Shown piece after piece: positions 13,501-25,301 of a stretch of 64,000 nt of DNA. Both the position numbers and the translations under genes were made by a program. Source of the DNA: Dimorphilus gyrociliatus (Eukaryota > Animalia > Annelida). Under the pieces are notes generated by a model. The model made no database searches. It was not told the origin of the DNA and saw nothing but the letters and a program-made list of their open reading frames with translations. Each line of letters opens with the position of its first letter. Within the stretch, counting starts at the first letter, position 1. The stretch is from positions 1,999,988 through 2,063,987 of the forward strand of contig CAJFCJ010000005.1 of the NCBI GenBank assembly GCA_904063045.1, in the 5' to 3' direction.

Positions 13501-16500
13501 TAATTCGTCAATGAGTTGCTGTTTCAAAGATATTTCTGAAGTCAGGTCAGCAAGTTCTTCATTCATTTTACTCTCTTCAGTTGCTTCATAATCGTCATCT
13601 ATAAATAGATTAGAAAAAAAATCCTTTCAATAATTTCTTTGTTCAATTGACGTAACCTTGGTAGATAAATAAAATTATTCTATGAAAACTATAAGAAAAA
13701 GAAATTATTCAATATCGAGACCAACAGGCTGTTGTTGTTCACTGAATAATTCGTTAGTCTTGGAACTCTCGTTATTAAAACTATAAAAAAAACAAACCCT
13801 AGAAAAAAAATAATGGCAAAAGAAAAAAAACTAAAGACAAATTCAAGCCTACACTACCTACAAAGTCAATGTTTAAAGAAAAGGAAAAAAAAGAATAGAA
13901 GGAAAACTCTTTTTCGTTTCTATTTCCAATCAAAATATTAGGCGAGAGTCCCAAATTAATATTATGTTTAAAAATAAAAAAAAAGAAATGAATTTCTATT
14001 TCAACAAATAGAAATGCAGTTCACTGCAGTAAAAAATTTCCCACCGAATGAAAATAGTATAAGACTATAGTTTTTCTCGCTATCTTACATCTTCTTCGAA
14101 TAACTTTTATCTCCTATCTCCCTAATCCTATCTCATATATACATAAATTCAATATAAATATATAACTTTTTCCGAACAGTATAAACAGAAGAGACCGATA
14201 ATAATAAAAAAAATAGTTTACTTCAACTTAAGAATTACATATACGTTTACATAAAGATTTAATAGGCCTGTTTAAAATGAATAGAAGGCTGTCGAACTGT
14301 AAATAGCTCTTACCTGAATTGGAATCTAAGTCTTCGTTTAGGGCACTTTCCTGGAAGGAAGGCGTGAAATCGTTAATACCAATTTAAGACAGAAAGGTTA
14401 AAGTTTATCTTTAAGAATTTTTCCGGTTAATAAATCAAATGATGAACGAGAAAGAAGAATGAAGGTTGATCGTAGCGTACGATAAGGTTAACTGAACTTT
14501 AATAACTTACCATCTCTTCAGAAAGTTCATCCTCAATATCTAAGTTTTCTTCTAACTCCTCTCCATCGCTGATAAAATTGTTAAATATATTTATGTTTGT
14601 ATATGCAGGTAAAAATAAATATTTCGTTATCAGTGATACAAATAAAAATATAATAAAGGCTAATCCAAATTAAAAAGAACAATCAGAGGTATAAAAAGGA
14701 GAATAGGGGGTAAGATGTACAATCTTTTTTAGCGTTGGAAAACAACGCGAGGCTATTGTAAACGATATTCCACAGCTGTTTCCTATAAGAAAAATATCTC
14801 TTCATAAAATCTCGCCAATTTCGGTTTGCGGCAGTGAATTGGCTTCGTAATAAAATTAGCAGACTAAGTCAACACATCGTAAACTTAAAACCGATAGATA
14901 AAACGAATAAAGCTCTCTCTTACTATTGTCAAGCACTTAACAAAAAAGTGGGTCGCTTCTATGAAAACATAATGACAAGAGTATCACACTGAATCAATTG
15001 GGTATAAAAGATGATTGAGTATGGTCTTTTTATAAAGTTAAAAATGACATTTAAAGTTACGTCAAACATAGTTGATTTTTCTACTTGATTACAGCTTCAA
15101 GCTGAGCGAAAAATCCCATCGACAGACATAGAAAACAACAAAGTACTTACGTTGAACCGCTATTCGTTCTGTTTTCTTTATATTTGATTTCCCCTTTCAA
15201 TTGATTAACTTCTTTCTTCGCCATTTCGATAAGAGACTGCGTATCTGTATCATTAATCGGTGTCATTACTTTGGAGGAACGCAATTTACTTGTAGATGGT
15301 TGTTGAAGCTCTTTAATTAAATTATCTTTTTCTAATAAATGCTGCCTCATTTTCTCATTTTCTTTAATGTAATCAGATAGTTTTTTACCAACATCACCGT
15401 TTGATTCTTGCGAGTCAGTTAAAGCTAAATCCCTTTCCAGAATTACTTCTGCATTTCTGTCGGTTAAATTGTTAATAGTCACTTGTAGAGCCTTAATTCT
15501 AATACGAAGTCGATTATTTTCCTCTTGAAGCATAGTGTTTTCACTAAACATATCGTTTATAGATTCAACACCATAGGCGTCAACGGTCTTATGGCCCAGT
15601 TTATATTCATTCAATTCAGTTGTTAGTTGAGAGATTTGCTGGCGCAATGCCATAATTTGGCGACTACTCTTATCTTGATTAACGACTACCTTGTTCTTTA
15701 TATTTCGAGCCCTGTTAGCGTATTGCAGAGTATTCAAGGTTTCCATAAAGTCTCTATCGCAAGGTGATATGCATGCAATCATCACCGTCCTACTGTTACC
15801 CCCGAGTGAGTCTTGTAAAAGCCGAGTTAATCTCGAATCCCTGTAAGGTACGTGACTACCTCTTTTTGTTTTATCTCCCAGGGCTGATATGACATTACCT
15901 AAAGCAAGTAACCCACAATTTATAGATATGCCTTCTTCTGCCCGATTACCCGTCGAGCCAGTTCGATTTAATCTTTCTGAACCTGCTAGATCCACAAAAT
16001 GAAATTTGGCTGAAAGAGTCTCCATTTCCTCAACATCATCAATGGTCATGGTTCTCTCTTGCCTGATATGTAGCGTAAATATGGCGTGTGATCTGGAAGA
16101 TTGAGCGTTCATATTGGTACTAGCTGTAACTCTATTTAATGCGCCTGTTTTTAAGCAGCGAATAGTTTCATCGACACTTGAGACACTGTGCATGCTAACA
16201 CCCACTGTATAAATATTACCCGAGGCGTCCTCATGTATTTTAACCTGAGACTTTTTATCTTTGTCTATTACGCATCTGGTCGTGTCTAACAAATCAAAAA
16301 TTTGTTCCTTATAAAGCTCCATAAATTGGGCATCAACAGTAAATTTTGGCGGAGTTTTTCCATTTTCACTAGCTTCTTTTCGTCTTTTGTCTATCCCATC
16401 AAACAGGTGATTAACCGCTCGGGGAATAATTCCGAGTAAGTCATCATCGGTGTTGACGTCAAAGGCCGTACCCATTGTATAAGTTTTTCCTGACCCCGTC

Positions 16501-16982
16501 TGACCATAGGCCATAATAGTTGCATTGTATCCATCAAAAACACCTTCAATTAGAGAGCTACCACATAAATCATAAACCTTTGACTGAGGGCTATCCGAAT
16601 CTAAGAGGAAATCGAATGTAAAGGGTCGATCTTTTCCAATAATTATTTGAGGTTCGCCCGGTATACATGTCGTACATGTTTGGCATAAATCTAGTTGTTC
16701 CCTCACCAAAAGTGGTCTGATTCTGCAATTGAGTCAATGAACAGAGAAATTGAGAAAATTATTAGAAAATAATCTTTTTTTTTTTACGCGTATAAAGCGC
16801 CTACTGATTACATATCATAGGCTTGATACGCTTAGTCAAATAGGGTGTGGAAAGAAGACTTATTGTGGCGAAACGAATGGAACAATTCAAAGTCAATGAA
16901 AAGGCCTTAACGCTTATTTTGGTAAAAAAAAAAAGCTTTACCTTACTGCTACCCTAACAGTTGTTTCATCGTCAACTGCCAT
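10510..16982 (-). CDS. KIF21: Kinesin-4 family KIF21A/B-like motor: N-terminal motor, coiled-coil stalk, C-terminal WD40; 1479 aa, 10 exons
   Basis: Exons (minus): 16982-16942 (MAVDDETTVRVAVR), 16722-15151 (P-loop GQTGSGKT, NAQSSRSH, FVDLAGSER, HVPYRDSRLTRLLQDSLGG), 14568-14511, 14350-14314, 13598-13383, 13301-12176, 12111-11845, 11754-11665 (NAGNAG acceptor, alternative start 11751; NVFQRL motif), 11601-10618 (WD40, PPHYDGVQSL), 10558-10510 (TVKMWK..TAA). Total 4440 nt with all phases consistent. Confidence 0.95.
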
Positions 16983-17916
16983 TGCTGTTCTCCAACGATT
17001 AAATGTATAGATTACCTCCCTTATTCTTTACGGAGGCCTGGTACGAACAAAAAATTCAGTGGTAACACTCCTTTTCACATATTTCCACTTTTAACGATTC
17101 TTTCTCAATTACCAGTATCGTCTGCCTCGAGTGCTAAATTAAAGCTGAAGACGGCGCTTTAGTCGGTATTATTAACTGGTATGTTCGTAAAGTATATGTA
17201 TATTTCGTCTCATATTTCTAATAGGGTATAAAGGTGTGCAATTTGAATATTCAAATTATAAAAAATGTATCATACTTTTCAATTTGTGACCTATATTTTG
17301 TCTGCTATTACCTAATATTTATAATTAATTAATCATTCGAATTTTGTTATAAAACTTATCTCCTATTAGGTTCAAAATGCGCAAAAACCTACCTTGATTA
17401 AATATTTCTCTAAGGAAGTTTACTTTTACTAAATTCTTTGAAAGAACCAAGGTTATTTTCTCGCACATAACCTTTCGTGTAGGAATACATTTTGTTTACA
17501 ATCAGACCAATACAAATTTCGTTCAATAAAGCATTAATCTAAAGCTTTTAACATAGAATGGAATTTACGAAAGAGAAATATTCGTTAATTTATTACAAAA
17601 TGCAACTTCCCGCAGTTCTTACAAGCAAAAAACCTGTTATTTAACATATAAACATTAAATATTTTGCAATTAAGATAAAAAAAAAGCGCTAATTTGAACT
17701 CTTTTATTTTGTTTCTTTGATTTAAGCTTAGTAATTCGAAGCGGAAATGTGACGATTTTATTGAACGTAAACCGAAACAGCTCGTGGGTTATGTGAGAAG
17801 ACAAGTAGGTAAACTATTAAAAATGAAACCTATTAAATATTTTATTTATTTTATGTTCTTTTATAAATAAAAAGAATAAACAGTGCAGAGGAAGTTTTCG
17901 ATAATTTCCCCCTTTT

Positions 17917-17931
17917 CCGTCAGATGGCGAC
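17917..17931 (+). promoter_or_regulatory. CTCF-type motif CCGTCAGATGGCGAC between the divergent KIF21 and iGluR-like starts
   Basis: Matches the CTCF core YAGRKGGCR; one of 11 copies in the window; binding not shown. Confidence 0.55.
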
Positions 17932-18069
17932 TGAAGAAGGTAAATAACGAATTTTAGATAGGCCTATGAAAAAATGTAAACAAATAAATCTTCTGACAAA
18001 AAAATATTATAATTCGTTGAAAAAAAATAATTGAAAAGAAGAATTATTTAAAAGAATTATAAAAATAGA

Positions 18070-21000
18070 ATGTTTTACTATAAACAACCTATTTTAAGCC
18101 TATCAGTTTGTTTATACATTACCCAGGCTAAATTATACATAGGTATGTTTTTAGTTATTTCCGGCTACCGTATTCGTTATATCATCAATCTTGCATAAAA
18201 ATCTCTTTTATTTTTAAATAAAAGCAATTGAGAAAGAGACAAGGTTAAACAAGGGCCACTTAAACGATATGTTAGATTTCTTATCTAAAAAGTATAAGCT
18301 TACGGAGGAAGTTTCTTTGATGTTTACCGATATCGGTAATGCGTTGCAACATTCTAAAAGTACGTATTCAATTAGAAAGAATAATTATAATTTGATTTAT
18401 ACCGCTCTAGATTTGGATAAGGGCATAACCGCTTTTATCAATACAAGATACGACTCTCAAACAACTATACGTGAATTCTCAAGGTCCATTCCCTTCCCTG
18501 TGTTTACAATTACACGTAACGTTGACGAAACAAGACCGTGTTCTTTTTTCGAATGTTCTTTTTTATTGCAAGTAAATAATCTTGAGTAAAAAGACTAACA
18601 AAAGCAAAAGACAATAATTCAAACTGCTATCGAATTCGTTTTTGTTATCATTATCATGTTTATTTATTTATAGACAATTAGAAGTGCGAAAGAAGAGCTA
18701 GAGTATTATATACATTTCATAAATTATCATAAATGGAACAAAGTTGCTCTATTAACTGGTAGGGAATTTTATCCAAAAAGAACAATAATTAATAAAAGTG
18801 TTCTTTTTCGTTAAGTTTATATTCTTATTCTTTTTTTATTATTACTATTTAAACGTATTCATTTGAAAGATAAACGGAACGATCTTTTGGACTTTATCGT
18901 TGGTTTAAAGTCTCATGGAGTAGTTGTTAAGCTTTGTTTAATAACAAACGACCAACATTCGATAGTGAATTGTTTAAAGAAGATAGAAAACCAGGGTAAT
19001 TTATAGACTTTAATAGTTTTATTCTGATAGCAGTAATTACAATTATTTTTAAAATATTACTATCCGAAATGGACGTAAAACATAAAAATTTATATCTTTT
19101 CGTATTTTTACACATTATAGATTTTAGGATAATACTATGCCGAATACGATCTGACAATTTGGTTAATGTCTTAAGGAAAGCTTTTGACCTTGGATTGTTT
19201 GGGGAAGGGTGGGCTTGGTTATTAATGGGTGATTTTCTTTCCTATAGGGTTGGTTGAAAATAATAATAATAATACTAAAACTCGTTATTTCTGCTTTATC
19301 TCCTTTAAAAAATCTTCATAGAATGTTATTGAAGATTATAAGAGAGAATTACAAGGTTTATTAGGATTTACTCAATACAGTTTAGATTCTAGTGATAGAA
19401 GAAGAAAATTTAATCAGATATATCCTTACCTTATCAATTCGACAGAATTGTGTTTCGATCTCACCTATAAATGTGTAATTTATTTTAATATTCTACTAAT
19501 ATAATGTTTTTTACTTTCTTTACAACTTTTAAATTACTTTATTATAAATCAGTTCCTACAAATGGGCGTTGCTGAATTATTAAATATACTAATCAGATCA
19601 TTAAGTAACAATCAACTTATTAAATATCGGAATACAAACAAGTTTAGGATGAAATTTGTTGAAGAAGTTAGTAAAGTTAGTTGTTTAATTGGAAGAGATA
19701 ATTGGAGAAAGATAATTATTTGCTATCCTTCTTAAATAGTTTCAGTTTGGGGGCATCTTAAATAAACAAATTAGACTAAAGGCCTCTAAATTAGCTAATT
19801 TACAAAACGAAATGTTCATCCTTAATTGGCAAGATGGAAAAATTAAAACGGTTTTGTCAATTAATATTATATATTGTCTAATAAAAACTTAACGGATAAG
19901 TTAATGTTTTTCCAGATAGGAAAAATTGAGTTAGACTCCAATACACAAAAATACAGAATGACTATTACGGACTTTTTACGCTTTCCTGGTAACGCGAAAA
20001 GTGTATCGTCCAATCAGGGGAGACTTATAGAAGAGTTACGTAATAGCGTCATAAAAATTGGCTTCGTTCAGGTATAAAAAGAAAATACGCATAAGAAAAA
20101 ATTCCTTTTTTATACAAGTAGATAAATTAACCTAATTTATTCGTTTATTTTACAAATAGCAACCTGGTAAGATAAAAAGAGATATATTAGGAAACTTCTA
20201 TGGTTCCCTCTTAGAGTATACATTTTATGTATTTATTATAAAATATACATATATATATATATAAAGTCTATTGAAAACAAAGAAATTTTCATAATGTTTA
20301 TATTTTTTCTAATAATAAAAACAACAACAAAACTAGATGAAAAAGAAATTCAAATTCGATACAAAGTTTACATTGTATCAATACTTCGGACAAGTTGATT
20401 TGTATGGTAGATGGACAGGATATCAAGGTGGTGTTGACACTGGCGTAAGCAATAATTAGTTATATATTATAACAAAAAGATGTGAATTAAATAAATTAGG
20501 AAATTGATATTGGAGCTGCAAATGCAATAATTACTAGGAAATCTAATAATATCCGTGAAATAAAACCCTTCACTTTGCACTATTACGCAATCCTCATCCC
20601 GTCAAATTGGTACATAAGGATTAATAGGATTGAGTAAGATTGTGTAAAAAGAATAATAAAATTTCCTCATTTGTTTTTCTTCTAGTCCAGCCATACTTCC
20701 GTTTCAAGGTGCATGGGTTTACATTCTCATCGCAATCCTACTATTAACAATTAGCACAGTTTGGGTAAACAGCATTTGCTACGATCTTAACCGGGTCAAT
20801 TCCAGCAAATCTCTTGACTCTTTAGACGCCTCTTCGATTGTCGATTTAATCCCTCTAGAGAATAATAAATGTCCAACATGTCATTCCTCATCGAATATCT
20901 TCTGGCTCTGTTACGGTTCCTTAGTTGGACAGGTAAAATTATTTATTACTCTTCCTGATTGTTACTATAAGCTGCTTTGAACCGTATTTAGACATCTAAT

Positions 21001-21939
21001 CTATATCCTAGCTGTAAATTGGCAAGAGCTATTATGACAATGTGGTATATTTCGGTTTTTCTATTCCAAGGCCTGTATATAGCAGCGATAGTTACCCAAT
21101 TTAGTTTGGAAAGCAGTCGCGGGGATGAAAAATTAATAAATACTATTGAGAGATTAATAGAGCATAAACACTTAAATATTTGTTGGCACACGAATAGCGT
21201 TGTAACGGAACTTATGAGAGAGTCTTACCCGAATAGAACAGCCTTTATTAGGCTATTAGAAAAAATTGAACAAACATCTGGAAATAGATCTCTCACTGAA
21301 TGCGCTGAGCTTGTGGCCAATTCATTCGATACAGAACCAACTGTATTAATGATAACCGATTATGAAGAGGCAATGGAAATACGTAGAAAGTATACATGTA
21401 GCGAGATGAATATTATTGAGTTGAAAGGATTTATTCTACTAGCTGGACTTCCTTATTCAGCGTCTTTTAAATACGCCGATATTTTTACTCAGGAAATGAA
21501 TAAAATGAAAAGAGATGGAATTTATAAAATGTATGAACCCAGAGAAGCTTGCCCTGCCCAAATAAGATTAAATTATTCAGTTTCAATCGGTCTCACAGCA
21601 ATTCGTCACTTCTTAACATTAGCAGTGTTAACGGTTTTCTTATTGCCATTAATAGGCGGTATTTTAAAGGTTTTTTATAATGCCTATATTCTGAAATGGA
21701 GATTATCGAGTACGGATTTAAAACGATTGAACTTTTTTTATATCGTTAAGATTATTAGTTCCGTTAAGCTGTTACAAGGGTTATACACGCTAACCCATGG
21801 AAGATTGTCCAAAATGATAGAAAGGAGATTACAAGAAAAGAATGGCATATTAAATTTTTTATTAAGAGTTGCTTTATTCAATCAAGAGAATGAAATCAAT
21901 CCGTCAGATGCCGTTAAACTGAACCCCCTCCCCCTATAG
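18070..21939 (+). CDS. Divergent ionotropic glutamate receptor / ionotropic receptor (IR)-like channel with amino-terminal domain; 927 aa, 14 exons
   Basis: Exons: 18070-18142 (signal peptide), 18225-18571, 18674-18758 (HKWNKVALL), 18870-18995, 19121-19248 (RIILC..KAFDLGLFGEGWAWLL), 19322-19474, 19553-19675, 19740-19850, 19916-20071, 20160-20228, 20337-20444 (GRWTGYQG), 20500-20609 (EIDIGAANAIIT..KPF = S1), 20686-20932 (M1; FWLCYGSLVGQ pore loop), 20992-21939 (M3 WYISVFLFQGLYIAAIVTQF, S2, M4). Total 2784 nt, in frame throughout. A few junctions have plausible alternatives. Confidence 0.85.
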
Positions 21940-22684
21940 GCCACCTACCGGTCCGAATTTTCATAAACTCTTAGAAGAAACCCGTTAAAAGAGAAGAATT
22001 GAAAAAAAAAATCGGGAAAACTACATAAGCTCTTTCGACTGGTAAAAAAAAGGGAGATCAACCGCTTTTTAACTAGACTATCGCTTTAGACGAGAAAAAA
22101 AAAGAAAGAAAAAAAAATGTTCTCTTTTTTTTTTTATTTTTCTTCTACTTTTTACATTCTCCATGTCCGCTGTTCTTAATGCAACTAGGAGATTTATGAA
22201 AGAACTCGTAGTCCGTGGAACGTTTGTCTTTTCGTTAATTGTATAAATACGTGCGTATACGTAAGATTTTCCTCTCAATTCTCTCAGTTTTCTATAGTGC
22301 ACGTAAACATTTCCCTTTATGTCCCTTTTGTGTATTTTTCCCCTTGTTTCTTTTTTTATCATCTTCTTGTATTTTTTTTGTCAATTTTGCTAAACAATGA
22401 TAATAAATTTATTTAAATATAAATAAACTCAAAAGTCAATTGAAAGAAAATTCCTTGTTATGTTATTAATGGGGGTGTGTCATAGATATATACGTGGATA
22501 ATTCGTCTACAAACATAGTTTGTATAGTTTACAGCGCTACGGAGCTGAATAAAAAGAATGGGATAAATTATGGGCCTTTTTTTTTGGCGGGCCGCTACAT
22601 TTCGAGTCAGTCTGGTTACATTGTAGCAAACCGTCGCCTGGTCTCCATTCCTTTCTGGAAAACTTGGTTATTAGGGAGTGGAGA

Positions 22685-22758
22685 ATGTCGACAGCCGCTT
22701 CCAACAATTCGACACTAAATCGTATGACTTTACCATTCAAAAAGAACTTTTTCTACAG
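22685..22758 (+). CDS. Candidate distal first coding exon of hunchback (MSTAASNNSTLNRMTLPFKKNFFY-R)
   Basis: ATG-initiated 74-nt exon ending AG|GTTAGT in phase 2, the phase required by the hb acceptor at 31384; Inr-like TCAGTC at 22607-22612. Confidence 0.5.
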
Positions 22759-24245
22759 GTTAGTTGTTCTTTTAATTATAACAAAGTTTTGTTTGTTTTG
22801 TTTGTCTTAATCTTCGTTCCATTAAGGAAAGTACGCCATATTCTTTCTGTTATAATTCTGTTCATGTTTGTCTTATTGTTTTATTTTTCTGATTTTTCTT
22901 TCTTTCATTTCTTCCATAGTTTCTATCTATTTATGTCTTTCTTCATTTTTATTTCTCATTCTTTTACTCTCTAATTTTCTTTCCGTCGTTCTTTTAATTC
23001 TATTCTGGTTTACTCCACTCTTCAGTCTCTCTCTCTCTTTCATTTCTTTTTTCGACTTTTGATATATTTCTGTTTAAAGAAAAAAAATGTACCTAATCAA
23101 CTTTTTACGAGAGAAAAAAATGAAAAAGAAACTAAAAAAATGCAACGAATAATTCGACATTTGAATTATGCAAAGGACGTTTTTTTAGTCATTATTACCT
23201 CACCGTTTAATTAGCGTTGTAGAATTATACATAATTCAGTAACTTTTTTCCTCTTTATTTTTCTATTGCCAATTAATTCAAACAGCGAATAATATGGATA
23301 TTTCTTCTCCCTCCTTTTTTTTGTTTCTTTCTCTATCTCTGTATCAATTTAACTTTTTCTTTCTATATTCATTTTTTTTATCATCAGTTAATCGATAATA
23401 GATGAAAATTAACCGGTTTAACTAAATATAAAAAGAAAATTACCCTTACAAAGTATCGCATATCTTATTAATTTATTTCTGGTTTGGATTATAATAAATT
23501 TATTTCCCTTTTCTTCCTGTTCTAATTGCTTTTTTTCCTTGTTTTGCATCTTTTATCACCTTCTTCAATTTCAATTCTTATCTGGAAAGAATTTCTCTCA
23601 CTTACCCTCAAAAGGGACGTCCTCTGGCGTTTCCTTCCCACCCACCTACCCAATAAAAAAGTCGACTAAAATGTTACAACGTAACAAAGTTAACACTTAC
23701 AATTTCTAAAAAGTGTCGTCATATAAAAAAAGAGGATGACAGGAAAAAAGAGAAGAGAGAAAGAGAGAGACAGAGAATAGGTAAAAAGAAAGAGCTTATG
23801 GAAAAAGTAGAAGAGGGAAGGGAGGGGGTGGGAAGGTTAGAAGAATAAAAAAAAATAAAAAAGGGATAGGAAGAAAAAAAGTTGCACTGCAAAAACAGCA
23901 ATGCGCAAATTGCATGCATCGTACGTAGTCAGGATAAAAAAACTAGCGAAGCTTCATAAAAAGTCTGTTTTCAACTAAAAATCGGCGCCAGAATAATTTA
24001 CAATATACTTTTTAGCCGCCCAAGGGCTTAAGGTTCGATCTGTCTCCTTTCAATAGTCCTACAATCGGGATAATAAACTGTTCGTGTTATAAAAAAGAAA
24101 CTAAGAAGTGTTAGAGGGAAAAGATTTATTTGTTTGTTTGTTTATTTGTTTATGTTTTTGTGAGTAAAAACAAAAAGAATTTTGGATATAGATTAGTCTT
24201 TTTTTGTCCTTTTGGTATATATGTTATTGTATATTTGTGCATACT

Positions 24246-24248
<3 letters not shown>

Positions 24249-24289
<41 letters not shown>

Positions 24290-24425
24290 ATACGCAGTTT
24301 ATATATATATATATATAAATTTATATATATATATAGTATAATACATGCCTCCGTGTGTCTGTATTTGTATGTGTATGTCTGTGTGTATGTATATATATAT
24401 GTGTGTGTGTGTATGTGTGTGTGCT
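24249..24425 (+). repeat. Compound (TA)n/(TG)n microsatellite
   Basis: Long TA runs at 24249-24286 and ~24300-24334, then TG-rich repeats; source of spurious ORFs 24130..24318, 24244..24645, 24345..24527. Confidence 0.9.
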
Positions 24426-25074
24426 TACGCGTGTCTACGTAAACTGTGTGGGTGGGAAAGAAAATTTGGGTGGGTAAAAAATAGGTATGAGAAAATGGAA
24501 GGGCAAGTCTGGATACTTTGGGGATAGTTTGGGCGGGGTAGAGGGGAGGTAGAAAAAAATAGTCTGTAGGCGACCAATAAAGATACAATGGAGGGGGAGG
24601 CGGCTGTGGGAAGTCAAAAAAAGAAAAAAAAACTTGTAGAAACACAAAGGAAGACGAAAAAAAAGGTGAAAAAAGGGTGAAAAAGGGGTAGGGTATTTTT
24701 GTTGTTTGTAGTGTTTTTGCCTTGTTTGTAAGAATGTAACAAACTCGTTTCTTATCAGTGATTTATAGTGTTTTGCGTAATTAAACGTATACGCAGGCAC
24801 GCTGTATGAAAAATACACTAAAAGTGAAAAATAATACTCTGTAAGCAGAATTTATCATCGTAAAACTATTTTTCCACCAGCGTTACGTAACAAGCGTTTT
24901 TTTGTTTCTGAAATCGTTGCCTACGTCGTTTTTTATGAATTGTGTACTTTCCGTTGATTTATATAGGCGAATAGGAAACGCTTATTTTTTATTATTGTAT
25001 TCCCAGAAGTAAAATAAGAGAAAAGAGGGGAAAGGAAAAGGAATGGGGATAGGAAAAAAGGCATATAATAGTAG

Positions 25075-25089
25075 GCGATAGATGGCGCA
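25075..25089 (+). promoter_or_regulatory. CTCF-type motif GCGATAGATGGCGCA
   Basis: Core match; ~120 nt upstream of a candidate non-coding hb first exon. Confidence 0.5.
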
Positions 25090-25207
25090 GTTTGTAGTTT
25101 GTAACCGCATTTTTCATTGAGAGTGAATAGGAGAAAGAGAAAGGAGAAGCAAAAGAATATCTCTTTTTTTTTCATACAATTAACTATTTACATTCACTCT
25201 CCCTATA

Positions 25208-25301
25208 TCATTCAATTAATTACCAAATAATTAAATATTTTTGGTTTTGGGCGTGTAAAGAAGACATCTGTTCACGCTCTAATTGTAAATCGTATAAATA
25301 G
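25208..25301 (+). other. Candidate non-coding alternative first exon of hunchback
   Basis: Inr-like TCATTC at 25208-25213, no ATG, consensus donor AG|GTAAGT at 25301/25302. Confidence 0.35.

Noticed and set aside
17240-17257. Perfect 18-nt palindrome AATTTGAATATTCAAATT containing GAAnnTTC near the KIF21 promoter
   Set aside because: Nearly all A/T, only two nGAAn units (a functional HSE needs three); plausible by chance
24031-24040. GGTTCGATC T-loop/B-box-like word
   Set aside because: No T-stem, acceptor stem or A-box; not a tRNA
24130-24818. Several overlapping ORFs of 60-133 aa
   Set aside because: Translations of TA/TG microsatellites and purine tracts; low complexity, no splice support
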